Shown here: positions 35,758 through 46,274 of the stretch, one piece after another
How the letters are laid out: every line of letters begins with the position of its first letter
How positions within the stretch are numbered: the stretch's first letter is position 1
IMG/VR virus record: IMGVR_UViG_3300018414_000006
Coordinates: 1 to 64,000 of that record
DNA length: 64,000 nucleotides
Reading direction: 5' to 3' (one strand)
Origin: a virus
Taxonomy: Duplodnaviria; Heunggongvirae; Uroviricota; Caudoviricetes
The notes under the pieces: model-generated
The model's input: the letters and a program-made list of their open reading frames with translations, nothing else
Database searches by the model: none
Told to the model about the DNA's origin: nothing
Made by a program: the position numbers and the translations under genes

Positions 35758-35949
35758 ATGACTAATGCCTTTCAAGGATTAATTTTCACTCAAATTAATG
35801 CACTGAATACAGATTTATCTGCACACGCTGCCTGTAACATTGAATTGATCAAAGATGAAATTGAAGCGTTCAACTTTTATTCAAATGCATCTTCAAATTT
35901 GATAAATCGTGCATTACGAAATCACGTGAAAATTTCTAAAGATAAGTGA
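35758..35949 (+). CDS. hypothetical small protein (63 aa)
   Basis: ATG after the stop of the upstream gene, with ribosome-binding site ACAAGGTATAATG. Confidence 0.3.
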   Translation: MTNAFQGLIFTQINALNTDLSAHAACNIELIKDEIEAFNFYSNASSNLINRALRNHVKISKDK

Positions 35950-36158
35950 ATTGTAAAAGGCATGAATTGTGCTTTTTTGAAAAAGCACACTGTAAAACAG
36001 ATATTCTTGTATATCGTGGGGTTGATGGATTACTGTTTCAAAAATTAAAAATTGGATCCAGTTATATTACAATTCTTTTAAATCGTGATGGTAAATATAC
36101 TATAATTGGTAAAGACCAGGACACTAAAACTTTAATTGTGGAGTATCAAAATGGCTGA
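35946..36158 (+). CDS. hypothetical small protein (70 aa, GTG start; an alternative ATG ORF at 35961 in another frame)
   Basis: ORF only. Confidence 0.25.
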   Translation: MNCKRHELCFFEKAHCKTDILVYRGVDGLLFQKLKIGSSYITILLNRDGKYTIIGKDQDTKTLIVEYQNG

Positions 36159-36318
36159 TAACAGAAAAATCGTTTTATTGAAGATGGAGAGGGTCTTGAA
36201 ATAATTCCTTCACAAGAAAATACTGAACAGGAAGAATCTGAAGACCAATTTGAAAATGTAAAAAACCTGTTTCAGATACTTTAGTGAAATCAGCTCTGAA
36301 ACGACTAAAAACTACAAA

Positions 36319-36834
36319 ATGAAAATACATTCAAACGCATTGCAACGACTTATCATGAGCCACAAACTGAACGAAAAATGGATTCCAGGCATTCGAGGAT
36401 ATCATAATGCTGCTGGATGTATTCTTATGGCAGCAGACACTAATCGATTCAATCTTCAATTGAGATCATCTGGATCGGATACTCCTAACACCTGGGGCAT
36501 GTGGGGTGGCTCCTGCGATAATAATGAAGAACAGGGAGACACGGTTATTCGAGAACTTCAAGAAGAAACAGGATACAATGGTCCTGTGAAACTCTTTCCT
36601 TTATATGTGTTTCGAGATATGAATAGAGGATTTGTTTATTACAATTTTCTTGGAGTTGTTCCAGAGGAGTTCACACTCAAAACCAATTCTGAGTCAGCAG
36701 GAACAAGCTGGTTTAAATTTCCCAACTGGCCAGGAGATCTTCATCCGGGATTGAAAACCTGTTTAAATGATAAATATTCGTACCGTATTCTTGAATGTGC
36801 TGCGCAAGGTGTATTTGGTGGCAATCTTCTTTGA
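36319..36834 (+). CDS. Nudix hydrolase
   Basis: The Nudix box GGSCDNNEEQGDTVIRELQEETG matches G-x5-E-x7-REUxEExGU. Confidence 0.65.
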   Translation: MKIHSNALQRLIMSHKLNEKWIPGIRGYHNAAGCILMAADTNRFNLQLRSSGSDTPNTWGMWGGSCDNNEEQGDTVIRELQEETGYNGPVKLFPLYVFRDMNRGFVYYNFLGVVPEEFTLKTNSESAGTSWFKFPNWPGDLHPGLKTCLNDKYSYRILECAAQGVFGGNLL

Positions 36835-36841
36835 GAAAATT

Positions 36842-37465
36842 ATGAAATACAAAAAATTTCTATATGTTTTGTACACCCTCATTAGTCTGTTCTTGACAGC
36901 ATTTAGTGTAATTTTTATCAATTGGTGGGCACCTTTTGTAGCTGTACCCGCTAATGATTATTTGCAAAATGTTCGAAATCATGTTGGCGGTCAAATGTTG
37001 CCATCCTGGTTAAAATGGTTCGATACATTTGACGCATCTATAGATGCAGGTTGGATGAATGGCTATTTCACTGATAAATACACAACCAGTACACCGCCAT
37101 CCTTTCTTTTAAGAAAATGGTATCAGATTCGATGGCTTTATCGTAATCCAGCACAGGGTGCCGATTATTGGCTGTTAGGAATTCCATTCAATCCAGATGA
37201 ATGGTCAGGTATTTTGTTATATAGCACTGTTAATGGTTCTTTGTTTCATGCTCAAACGCAATCTGGATTTTTCAATACTGAATTTACTGCACTTGACAAA
37301 GTATGTCTGAAGGTGGGCTGGAAAGCATGGAATTATTATGATGTCACCACTTACAAATTCAAAAATGAACCATGGGGACCTGAAATGAGAGTTCCTTTTT
37401 GCTTCACTTACATTCCCTATTCATTGATGTTTTGGAAAAAGAAAAGTGACAATTCAAATTCTTGA
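36842..37465 (+). CDS. membrane protein (N-terminal transmembrane helix LYVLYTLISLFLTAFSVIFINWW), 207 aa
   Basis: Start set at the ATG that follows the Nudix stop. Confidence 0.4.
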   Translation: MKYKKFLYVLYTLISLFLTAFSVIFINWWAPFVAVPANDYLQNVRNHVGGQMLPSWLKWFDTFDASIDAGWMNGYFTDKYTTSTPPSFLLRKWYQIRWLYRNPAQGADYWLLGIPFNPDEWSGILLYSTVNGSLFHAQTQSGFFNTEFTALDKVCLKVGWKAWNYYDVTTYKFKNEPWGPEMRVPFCFTYIPYSLMFWKKKSDNSNS

Positions 37466-37483
37466 ACTTCTTGAAAAATAATT

Positions 37484-37906
37484 ATGCCTACACCTTATCT
37501 AAAAAAACTGTCTAAAGAAGGAAAGGGTTCATTGCCTGCTTTAGAAAAGAAATGGAATAAAGCTGGAGAAATAGCAAAAAAAGAAGGTCGTGAAGATGAC
37601 TATGCCTACAGAACTGGAATATTAAAAAATATGGTAGGCGCAGCAATCAAGCGACTTTGTGCAACTAGCGAAATAGATGCGGATTCATTTGAAGGCTGGA
37701 TAAATACTCTTCAGTATGAATACACTCGTCCTGAGGGAGCTGATTATGTTATTGTAAATGCTCCTGAAGCTGAAATCAGGGATAAATTATATTCGCAAGA
37801 ATGGAATGGTGTAAAAGATAGAAGTGGCGATATGTCAAAAGGCGAACATCAAGTCAATGTGAAATCTGAAGATGAAAATTCCACACGCATTACAAGTGTT
37901 CGTTGA
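37484..37906 (+). CDS. hypothetical protein (140 aa)
   Basis: ORF. Confidence 0.45.
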   Translation: MPTPYLKKLSKEGKGSLPALEKKWNKAGEIAKKEGREDDYAYRTGILKNMVGAAIKRLCATSEIDADSFEGWINTLQYEYTRPEGADYVIVNAPEAEIRDKLYSQEWNGVKDRSGDMSKGEHQVNVKSEDENSTRITSVR

Positions 37907-37954
37907 ACTACAAATCATCGTTGCATAAATTAGCTTTTCTGACAGAGGATTCTT

Positions 37955-38275
37955 ATGAGTCTCATCAAAATTCATTATCCTAACAGTGCCGAAGACTATG
38001 CAGACATGCATATTAAAAATAGCGTAAAAGACAAAGCATGGTCTTTAATACATGAGACAGTTCCGCAGCTTACTTTGCCGCTGAATTGGCAAGTCACCTG
38101 GTACGAATCCTCTGTTGTTTTTCTATCGCCAAAAAGAACACGATCAGTCAAGATCAATATTAAAGGCGACGTTGAAGTTGATCAACGTCTTATTGGCGGT
38201 AAATTCAAATCAGAAAAATTCTCACATTCTTCAGTAGTTGAAGCTGTTGAAAAACTGAAACAGCTTTTTCAATAA
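37955..38275 (+). CDS. hypothetical protein (106 aa)
   Basis: ORF with ribosome-binding site GAGGATTCTTATG. Confidence 0.45.
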   Translation: MSLIKIHYPNSAEDYADMHIKNSVKDKAWSLIHETVPQLTLPLNWQVTWYESSVVFLSPKRTRSVKINIKGDVEVDQRLIGGKFKSEKFSHSSVVEAVEKLKQLFQ

Positions 38276-38344
38276 TTAGCTTTAACCATTCAATATGCTA
38301 CTCATCACTACAATTTAATATTATACAAATGATGAGTACGCGCC

Positions 38345-39574
38345 ATGCCATTTATCAATAAAACAAACAATCGAATTTTACCTGCTAATGCACGTGCCGC
38401 AGACGTTGCAGAAAAAGCAGTGCAAGAAATAGTACCAGTTGCTCAAAGTAGATTTTATTCAGCTTTTCGAGTTCAGGGAGTTCAGGCCATACTTTACTCC
38501 CGGCTGACCAGTGGAAGAAAATGTAATTGCCAAAGTGCAAGAAAACAGATCAATGGAATTCTTGATCGAAATGGCAAGGCTTCCAATGGAGTCATAAATC
38601 AGCTTCTAACAGGTGATCTGAATTTTGATGTAACTCCATATAATTTCAATCAGGAACGTTATTTGCCAGAAGCTTCTGGCACAAATGGACAGACCTCACC
38701 AACAGCTTCAGGTAACAAAAATCAGGGTGTTTTTGATATTGCAACAAATGAAGAAGTTTTTCCTTTTGCAAATGTACAAGAAAAAGGTTTTGGTGATAAC
38801 GGACCTGTATCCAATATAGACATAGATGATCTGGCAGGAGATTTCGATCCTGCCGTAATGGGCTTTTCTGAAGTCAGTTGTGGCATATGTTTTGGCACTG
38901 GATTTATTGGTGGCTATACTCCCTTTCATGCACATCGTCAGGTTGTGGCTGCTTCTGATGCCACTATAGATGGTGAACTCGATCTCACACAAACGCCTTG
39001 GGTAGCTGAAGCTACTTATTTTTGCCAAAAAATAATTTTGCCTAAAAGTGCCATTGGAATAGATTCATTTCAAGTGTGGAATAACATAAAACCAGTACCT
39101 GCCGAATTTTATATAGATGGCTCTCGAATTAACAATATAACTCAGATACTTGCAAAGTGTGATGGAAAATTTCATCTTGTTGAAGCTCGATTCAATAGTC
39201 GATTCACTCATGTAGAATTTCAATTCATCATTTCAGATGAGAGTGTGTATTTTGAATTTCCCAGACGACCTAATTCTGCTGATACTTCATTGCTTGAACA
39301 GATGGATCCTTTTCAGATAATGTTATCTCCAAACGTTCCTAATATCAATTCTATGGACGTAATTGTAGAAATGCAATTGGGTAAAATTCTTATAGTACAG
39401 AATGATAATCCCTGGATGACACGTCAACGCAATGTTTTAGGTCCTGAAACTCAGGTACGCGTTGCACAACCACAAGAGATATTTCGAATCCTTCCTTTTC
39501 CTGGAAGAATCATGACCAAAAATGCTACAACCAAATTTGTTCGTGACAATCAATCAGGACCACATAGAACTTGA
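38345..39574 (+). CDS. hypothetical protein (409 aa)
   Basis: ORF. Confidence 0.5.
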   Translation: MPFINKTNNRILPANARAADVAEKAVQEIVPVAQSRFYSAFRVQGVQAILYSRLTSGRKCNCQSARKQINGILDRNGKASNGVINQLLTGDLNFDVTPYNFNQERYLPEASGTNGQTSPTASGNKNQGVFDIATNEEVFPFANVQEKGFGDNGPVSNIDIDDLAGDFDPAVMGFSEVSCGICFGTGFIGGYTPFHAHRQVVAASDATIDGELDLTQTPWVAEATYFCQKIILPKSAIGIDSFQVWNNIKPVPAEFYIDGSRINNITQILAKCDGKFHLVEARFNSRFTHVEFQFIISDESVYFEFPRRPNSADTSLLEQMDPFQIMLSPNVPNINSMDVIVEMQLGKILIVQNDNPWMTRQRNVLGPETQVRVAQPQEIFRILPFPGRIMTKNATTKFVRDNQSGPHRT

Positions 39575-39590
39575 ATCAGGAAAAACTCAC

Positions 39591-40892
39591 ATGAAAAACA
39601 ATGCCGCTATTCGTCTTCAAGCAACAGCTAAGAAAACTGCTAAAAAAATGAATTCAAAATCAATTCATGCTACAGAACTTCCTAAGTTTCGATACATTGA
39701 TGATGCTCTTCGTTTTCTAGACAAACTTAATAAAGAGGTGGACGACCTTGGAAAAATGGTAACTGTTCAGCAAAAAGCATTGGCATTTCTTACTCGACCT
39801 AAGGATAACGTTCGTGCAGCATTGACAAAAGCCGCTACTTTTGAATTCAATATTGGTGAAGACTATGAAGGAAAAAATAAACGCAATCTGAAACGAAATA
39901 TTGCTACTGATATTCCAAAAATCATAGTTCCCAATATTGATAAATTAAAAAATCAATATGGGCTTTCTGAAGATCTGTATGAAAAATATCGTCTTCTCGA
40001 ATCAATGGAAACACAGCTTGCCATGCAGTTTCCTGACAGACGTGGGGAAGCTTATGAAACTGCAATATCCTCTTTGCGTGCGCTGAAGGATAAAGTTGCA
40101 GGCCATTTAAAAAAGGTCCTGGCTTTTCTCAATGAAATTGCAGCTAAACACATTCCAAGAAGTTTTGAGAAGTATATTAGTGCTATTACCATGGAAGTTG
40201 AAGAAAATGTTCAATTTGAATCTTCAAATACCTTCATTTACATGTCAGTGACCCCCGATGGAGAACTGTCTTTTACTGCGTATCTGATGCTGGTAGGTGC
40301 TATAAATGATGAAGGTAAAATAACACCTCAGCTATACATCAGTATTCAATTAATAGTTGGTGGCCCTGTATACATTCAATTAAATCACGAATACGAACTT
40401 CCCAATCAATTGTTCAGAGAGGGTGGCGTTGAAGTAGACTCTGTTGGGGGTGCAGTAAAAGCAATTTCTCATCTGCTTGATCTGGAAGATTTTGCAACCT
40501 CAATGGGCACAGTACCGCTGGTCACTCAATTAAAAATGGATCCTTCAAAAATCAGTGAAAATATGTTCACATTTAAGGACTTCATTTCAAAGCTGGAAGT
40601 CAGTCCTGAAAAATTGACTTTTCAACTTAGACCGGGTATCGAAAAGGATCAGCTACATGATTTAAGCTATGCTTTATATCCTCAAGTCAAAGAGCTATTC
40701 AAGAATACACGTGGCACTAAGCTAAAGATGGAAGTCTCTTTGACTCATATCGATTTTTACGTTAATACCGTTGCACAGAAAGGCGAAGTTACTTACGATG
40801 ATGCGGAATTTTTGAAAGATCGTTTTGGTGCTTCAGATGCAGTACTTCGTAAAGTGGTCAATATTCTGAATACCTCAGTCATGGGCAAATAA
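39591..40892 (+). CDS. hypothetical protein (433 aa)
   Basis: ATG after CAGGAAAAACTCAC. Confidence 0.5.
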   Translation: MKNNAAIRLQATAKKTAKKMNSKSIHATELPKFRYIDDALRFLDKLNKEVDDLGKMVTVQQKALAFLTRPKDNVRAALTKAATFEFNIGEDYEGKNKRNLKRNIATDIPKIIVPNIDKLKNQYGLSEDLYEKYRLLESMETQLAMQFPDRRGEAYETAISSLRALKDKVAGHLKKVLAFLNEIAAKHIPRSFEKYISAITMEVEENVQFESSNTFIYMSVTPDGELSFTAYLMLVGAINDEGKITPQLYISIQLIVGGPVYIQLNHEYELPNQLFREGGVEVDSVGGAVKAISHLLDLEDFATSMGTVPLVTQLKMDPSKISENMFTFKDFISKLEVSPEKLTFQLRPGIEKDQLHDLSYALYPQVKELFKNTRGTKLKMEVSLTHIDFYVNTVAQKGEVTYDDAEFLKDRFGASDAVLRKVVNILNTSVMGK

Positions 40893-40913
40893 AATATTCA
40901 AGAGTTGAAAAAC

Positions 40914-41555
40914 ATGACTGATCTAAAAACACATCTTGGATTAAATGAACAGGTATTATTCAATGAACAACTATTAGGCGATCCGGATTCTAATCCAAAC
41001 ATTATTGTTCAGCCTAACATTCCTGTTTCTGGAGTTTTATCTCGTCTCATAGAAAGTATGTATATAGAAATGGGACCAAATACAAGCCGACAGAATTTTT
41101 TAAATGAAATAAGAGGACTTGAAAAAATTCTCAAAAAGAAAAAACCTGTCAGCTATGGTACAAAAGATAGAATCTCATTATTCTATTTGAAACATAATAA
41201 AGATTCCTGTTCAGTATTTTTCAGAAATGAAAGTGATATAATAAGCGGTTTATTGGAAGTTTCTGGATACGAGGTTGATTCGATCTATATTGAAAACAAT
41301 TACAGAGGAAAAAATCTTGGAACAGTTTTGTATTTAACTGCTATCAGAATTCTTGGCAAACTGAAAAGCTCTTTCAATATTGGAATAATGGCTGTTCGTA
41401 CCTGGAAATCTGTGAGCAAGTACTATGAAGTTCAGCTAAAAGATGAGAATGATGAGGCAGTGAAGTATGAATGGGGATCTAATGGAATTCCTGTAGTGAA
41501 TGGAAAACCCATTACAGCTATAAAAACTGATTTTTATTTTGAGGCGCACAAGTAA
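40914..41555 (+). CDS. hypothetical protein, possibly a GNAT-type acetyltransferase fold
   Basis: VDSIYIENNYRGKNLGTVLYLTAIRIL weakly resembles GNAT motif A (V....RG.G.G..Ll). Confidence 0.25.
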   Translation: MTDLKTHLGLNEQVLFNEQLLGDPDSNPNIIVQPNIPVSGVLSRLIESMYIEMGPNTSRQNFLNEIRGLEKILKKKKPVSYGTKDRISLFYLKHNKDSCSVFFRNESDIISGLLEVSGYEVDSIYIENNYRGKNLGTVLYLTAIRILGKLKSSFNIGIMAVRTWKSVSKYYEVQLKDENDEAVKYEWGSNGIPVVNGKPITAIKTDFYFEAHK

Positions 41556-43093
41556 TGGCTAATAATCGCCCGTTTGTTTTTTTCAAAGATCCTGTTGAGG
41601 ATGTATCTTATCAAGCGGATATATCGTCACGTCTTCAACAAAATGAAACAATAACTTCTGTAACTGCGGGATCAGTCAATCCTGATTCTAATAATCCTCT
41701 ATCAGTAATCATCAGTTCTGACAATTCTTCTTTAGTACAATTTACTGCTTCTGGTGGAAATAACAATGTCACTTACGGATTTCAGCTAACAGTAATCACT
41801 AATGCACGTGTTCTGCTAATTACTATAGCCATTACTGTAGCAGACAGAAATTCGTTCATTCCATATTCTACGGAAAATCCTGAAGCTTTTCAGGATCTGA
41901 TAGATGAAGTAGAAGCAGGTAAAGCTTCTATTGGAACTGCTGTTTTTTCTTTTCCTCCACAAATTGATCCTGCCGGAGGATTTGTTACCTGGGAGCTGTT
42001 AGCTTCAGATGGAACAGTCTATGCAGGAGGCAATGCGTTTTCCTATTCAATTGCATCAAATGGTATTTCCAACACGGTAAAAGCTCAAAGTGTTATTGCA
42101 GTACCTTCTACAGTTCCGCCTTCACTGGACGAACAAAAATATCAATTACGCTATACTCTTTCATTGCCTCAAGATATTGGTCTTCCCGGAGATCCTCTAA
42201 GCGATAATCTTGGGCAAAATGTATTTTTTCAGTTTGAAAATGTGCGTATTGTAGGACTGAATACTGTCCCTCTGGGAACACAACCTTCTGTTGAATTGCA
42301 AGGAGTTCCTGCCACAGTGTCGATCATAATTGATCGATTGTATGACAATGTTACTGTAGAGTTGTGGTCAAATAATAAACAGATTGCACCACCATCAAAA
42401 ATAGCTGATTTTGAACGAACTTCGGCGGGATGGTACTTTGCTGGTGTCATAGATACTTCGCAATTGATGGTTTCACTTGTTCCCTATCAGTTGATATGGA
42501 AATATTGGTCCTCTTCTAATGCTGCCGTTATATATCAGGAAAATGCAGATTTCTGGGTTGTTAATCCATCAATCATGTCTGCTGTCAATGATGTCAAAGC
42601 AAAAATAAACAAAGCAAGAACTACCTTATATGGAACTCCTGATCTTTTATATCCGGAACCTACCATATTGACCTGGCTTCGTCGTGGAGGCGATGCTTTC
42701 AATGGGGCATATGGACAATTCACTTCTTTTACTTTTATAAATGCACTAGGTGTAATAAGAGAATTCTGGCTTCTGGAAGCTGAACTGGCAGCACTGGAAT
42801 CACAATATCTGGCTGAAGGAGAAAAGGCATTCAATTTCACTGGCGCAGCTATAACATTGGATGTAGATCGTACTTCATACCTTGATAGTGCTGCTTCGAA
42901 AATTCAAGCTCGACTGGATAGTGAATTAAAATTGATAAAGCAGAATCTCATCATAAAAGGGCAGACAGGTGGAGATGGAAGTGCCGACCCCACTAAACTG
43001 GCACACGGTGCTATTGGAACAGTTGGTATAACAATTACACCTGCTTCAATGTGGGGCAGATATGGTCCAACGTATTTAAGAGGACTTCGATGA
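41555..43093 (+). CDS. hypothetical protein (512 aa), Thr/Ser/Asn-rich and beta-rich
   Basis: ORF with a TAATGG overlapping start. Confidence 0.5.
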   Translation: MANNRPFVFFKDPVEDVSYQADISSRLQQNETITSVTAGSVNPDSNNPLSVIISSDNSSLVQFTASGGNNNVTYGFQLTVITNARVLLITIAITVADRNSFIPYSTENPEAFQDLIDEVEAGKASIGTAVFSFPPQIDPAGGFVTWELLASDGTVYAGGNAFSYSIASNGISNTVKAQSVIAVPSTVPPSLDEQKYQLRYTLSLPQDIGLPGDPLSDNLGQNVFFQFENVRIVGLNTVPLGTQPSVELQGVPATVSIIIDRLYDNVTVELWSNNKQIAPPSKIADFERTSAGWYFAGVIDTSQLMVSLVPYQLIWKYWSSSNAAVIYQENADFWVVNPSIMSAVNDVKAKINKARTTLYGTPDLLYPEPTILTWLRRGGDAFNGAYGQFTSFTFINALGVIREFWLLEAELAALESQYLAEGEKAFNFTGAAITLDVDRTSYLDSAASKIQARLDSELKLIKQNLIIKGQTGGDGSADPTKLAHGAIGTVGITITPASMWGRYGPTYLRGLR

Positions 43094-43797
43094 TTTCTAA
43101 TGCACTGCATAGAATAACTGCTACGGAAGAATCTTTAACGAGTACCGCAGCAAAATTGGATTCATTTCTTTCAACTTTATCTGCCAAACAGCATGATTAT
43201 TTTTTCACGGGATTGCCACAAGCACTAGAATACTGGTTCAGTCAATTTTTTAAACAAAAATTATACATTGAAGATAACATACTTGAAGCGAGTTATTCCA
43301 AACTAGGAGTGAATGAATTAAAAAGAATGGTCATAGCAATGTCCTATTTGAAGAAAATATATAAGGTTTCATTGCCCGGTAAAGTTATATATAGATTGAC
43401 AGGCGTTAAAGAGCTTCCAGATTCTTCGGTAGTAAAATTTGAAAGTGCAAATCAGTTTCGTAGTCTAACTTCCTGGACTACTAATAAAACTCCAGTGGTA
43501 GTAGGCAGAACTGTCGGAAAAGGTCCTGATATAATACTGGAACATAAAGTAAAAAATGAAAAAATTATTCTTTTCAGTAATCAGTCTGTCTCGTCTTTGG
43601 TAAATGATGTATTAAATAATTTTGACTACTTTAAAGAAAAATATTTTGAAGATTCACATTATGTAGATCGCTGTCATGCCTATTGGCAACTAATGTCAGA
43701 GTATCTTAAACGTTTCTATAAAGAAAAAGAAGTAGCTGTTTTCTTGCCAAAGTCTCAATCTATAGAATGCAACTGGAGGCCAGCAAGGAAACTTTAA
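43090..43797 (+). CDS. hypothetical protein (235 aa)
   Basis: ATGA overlap with the upstream stop. Confidence 0.45.
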   Translation: MISNALHRITATEESLTSTAAKLDSFLSTLSAKQHDYFFTGLPQALEYWFSQFFKQKLYIEDNILEASYSKLGVNELKRMVIAMSYLKKIYKVSLPGKVIYRLTGVKELPDSSVVKFESANQFRSLTSWTTNKTPVVVGRTVGKGPDIILEHKVKNEKIILFSNQSVSSLVNDVLNNFDYFKEKYFEDSHYVDRCHAYWQLMSEYLKRFYKEKEVAVFLPKSQSIECNWRPARKL

Positions 43798-43903
43798 AAA
43801 TTTATGTGCATCGATTGTAATTTTATTGCATTGCTGTACACTTAGACTCACTGATAAAGGAATATATAATGTATAGAATAATTAGTAACAAGGATATAAC
43901 AAA

Positions 43904-44251
43904 ATGCATCTTTGTGCTGCTGCCCGTTTGCTTGAAACTTCCGATGAACCTGTAGATATCACCGCACAGTTCGATCAAACTTGTGAAATCGAACTCAAAC
44001 AGATTCAATCTGCAATGGGACGTTGCAATGTTATTTTTTCCTATGATAAACATCATTTGTTTCATAAAACAAATCCCAATGATGTAGCACAAGAAATTGA
44101 AACAGTTATTCAAGAACTGGATAAATTGGGATACCATTTGCGTATTCTTAAGGGTGTTCTTGAACGTGAACGATTTTCTGTCAAGGGTGATAACGGTTTA
44201 TGTCTGCAACGACTCAATGATGGATTACGTATATTCTTTTATACTCCATAA
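43904..44251 (+). CDS. hypothetical protein (115 aa)
   Basis: ORF. Confidence 0.45.
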   Translation: MHLCAAARLLETSDEPVDITAQFDQTCEIELKQIQSAMGRCNVIFSYDKHHLFHKTNPNDVAQEIETVIQELDKLGYHLRILKGVLERERFSVKGDNGLCLQRLNDGLRIFFYTP

Positions 44252-44278
44252 TTTTTATAGCACAATTCGGAAAATATT

Positions 44279-44611
44279 ATGTCAACAATGATAAATTATG
44301 CTGAAGCCAAGGCCGCCATGTCTGCACAAGGTCTGCCTGTTTCAGCAGGAGAAAACTGGACTATTGAAGATATGTCCTCATGGTTTTATTTTTCTGCGGG
44401 AGCAAGCTACGGTTCAGAACCTTACGACATATACGGATCCAACTATGCTTTTGTATATGCAGTGACTCCCGAACCTGTGGCAAATGCTGTTGGTGAATCC
44501 TCGGAACAACCATCACCCCCAGAAGAAGAACTCACAGAACAACCGCCAGATGAGCCTGTTGTTGAAAATGAACAACCGGATTCAGATACCTCGGAATACA
44601 GCACAGAATAA
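44279..44611 (+). CDS. hypothetical strongly acidic protein (110 aa)
   Basis: ORF with a Glu/Asp/Pro-rich C-terminus. Confidence 0.45.
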   Translation: MSTMINYAEAKAAMSAQGLPVSAGENWTIEDMSSWFYFSAGASYGSEPYDIYGSNYAFVYAVTPEPVANAVGESSEQPSPPEEELTEQPPDEPVVENEQPDSDTSEYSTE

Positions 44612-44638
44612 TTCATCTGATAATTATTCGGAGGAAAA

Positions 44639-44947
44639 ATGTGGCAGCGTCGTGGTAGAAATACAAAACGGAACAGCTATGGCGTTGCTTCAATACGCCG
44701 GGACAGCTACAACAGTTACAATGGCTGGTCTGAAAAAGCAGGATGGTGGGAATTGGTATCGCTTGTCAGTAAAAGATCAGGAGGTCAATGCGAAGCATAC
44801 TATAGCGGAATACGTTGTGAGAATCGTGCAAAAGAGGTTCATCACATAGTTCCTTTATCAAAAGGTGGTGCTAATGCAATGTCAAATCTGATACATTTTT
44901 GTGAACGGTGCCATACTCGAAGACACAATCATTTATATAGAAAATGA
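44639..44947 (+). CDS. HNH endonuclease
   Basis: CEAYYSGIRCENRAKEVHHIVPLSKGGANAMSNLIHFCERCHTRRH gives the canonical HNH with a zinc-binding Cys pair. Confidence 0.65.
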   Translation: MWQRRGRNTKRNSYGVASIRRDSYNSYNGWSEKAGWWELVSLVSKRSGGQCEAYYSGIRCENRAKEVHHIVPLSKGGANAMSNLIHFCERCHTRRHNHLYRK

Positions 44948-45303
44948 AAATTCATGCATCCTTACGTCTTTTGGCAAGCAATGTAGAGGCAGGCAAAGCA
45001 TTGACCGCCATAAAGAAAATATTGAATAACTATAGTTTCGTGACCAATCAGGAAGGTCAGGAACAAACAGTTATCTGGAGATCTTCTTTGTTCAGGGCAT
45101 CCTTAACCCTGAATCTGGATGAAGATACTTTAATGTTTGAATTCCGTGATAAAGGAGCAACCGCCGGATTTGATGCAGAAGGAACAAATGCAGATTCATT
45201 ATTCAAAGATATTCGTTACAATGTTACTGAATTTCAGCCAGTAAAAAAGATGCTTCCAGAAATTGCTGAACTAAGAAATCAATTTGCACACATAGGAATT
45301 TAA
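44944..45303 (+). CDS. Small paralog family protein 1 (MKIHASLRLLASN...)
   Basis: Shares the N-terminal pattern MKI.A..RL....V and the leader AGGAATTTAATCATG with 45306 and 54376. Confidence 0.45.
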   Translation: MKIHASLRLLASNVEAGKALTAIKKILNNYSFVTNQEGQEQTVIWRSSLFRASLTLNLDEDTLMFEFRDKGATAGFDAEGTNADSLFKDIRYNVTEFQPVKKMLPEIAELRNQFAHIGI

Positions 45304-45305
45304 TC

Positions 45306-45677
45306 ATGAAAATTCAAGCACTCGCACGTTTACAATCTACTCAAAATGTTTTAGCAATGAATGCAGACGAAGCAGGTAAAGCTCTTGTTGCACTTCAGCA
45401 AATATTTGGTAAAAAATATAAAAAGTCACAAGTAGAAAACTATCAATCTATTTTGTGGAAAAATAACCTTTATAAAGTTGCACTGTTTCTAGATACAGAT
45501 CTGAAAGAACTTGGTGTTCAGTTTATTTGTAGAGGCACTAGAATAGAAGCATATGGAAAAACAAAAGATGCTCTATTCAGAGCGATACGAAAGCAGCTAC
45601 GAAAAAATGCAAAAAACATTCAAAATTTACCAGAAGATGTGCAATCTGTTATAGAAGAGCTGAACGACGTTCGTTAA
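45306..45677 (+). CDS. Small paralog family protein 2 (MKIQALARLQSTQNVLA...)
   Basis: The first 51 nt are identical to the gene at 54376. The C-terminal region GKTKDALF(K/R)A(L/I)RK is conserved. Confidence 0.5.
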   Translation: MKIQALARLQSTQNVLAMNADEAGKALVALQQIFGKKYKKSQVENYQSILWKNNLYKVALFLDTDLKELGVQFICRGTRIEAYGKTKDALFRAIRKQLRKNAKNIQNLPEDVQSVIEELNDVR

Positions 45678-45684
45678 CTTTCTA

Positions 45685-45715
45685 GGAACAGGGTTACCTA
45701 GTGTAACCCTGTTCC
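45685..45715 (+). terminator. hairpin GGAACAGGGTTAC-ctagt-GTAACCCTGTTCC (13-bp stem); no clear T-tract
   Basis: Read directly, 8 nt after the stop. Confidence 0.4.
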
Positions 45716-45737
45716 GAATCATTAAAGGAATTTAATC

Positions 45738-46274
45738 ATGAATGAACAGGAATTACAGCAATTGCTGGTAGTGTATCTTCGAATTAATAATAGTCCTACT
45801 GATGAACAGTTTCATAATCTTGCCGATGCAGTAGGTACTGATAAAGAAACTCTAGAAGCAATTGCCTATAAAATGCTTGCTGAAACCGATGAAGTGGAGG
45901 GCATTCCCACTGTACATGCTACTTCTACTCATTCCGAAGTTGGTTTTGAAATGTGTGAAGATGATTGTGATGATCCTTATTTGCTTATAGAAGCAGAGGT
46001 AGATGCTCCTGGAGATGCCCCTCAATCAGAACAGCAGGATGTTTTACAAGGGGACTACGATCCTTTTACTACTTCAACTGATGATCTGGCCTTGAATGAT
46101 GGCGCCCCCATGGGCACTTCTTCTATTGAAGAAAATCAGGATGCTACTCTTGATGATGGTGTAGCTTCTGATGATACCGGTATTGGTGTATCTTCTGATC
46201 AAAGTTCTGTGTACAACGATGGATTAGCTCCTGTGCAATTTGCAGCTTTAGCACGTTTGAGAGAGACTGAATAA
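45738..46274 (+). CDS. hypothetical strongly acidic protein (178 aa)
   Basis: ORF with the AGGAATTTAATCATG leader. Confidence 0.45.
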   Translation: MNEQELQQLLVVYLRINNSPTDEQFHNLADAVGTDKETLEAIAYKMLAETDEVEGIPTVHATSTHSEVGFEMCEDDCDDPYLLIEAEVDAPGDAPQSEQQDVLQGDYDPFTTSTDDLALNDGAPMGTSSIEENQDATLDDGVASDDTGIGVSSDQSSVYNDGLAPVQFAALARLRETE

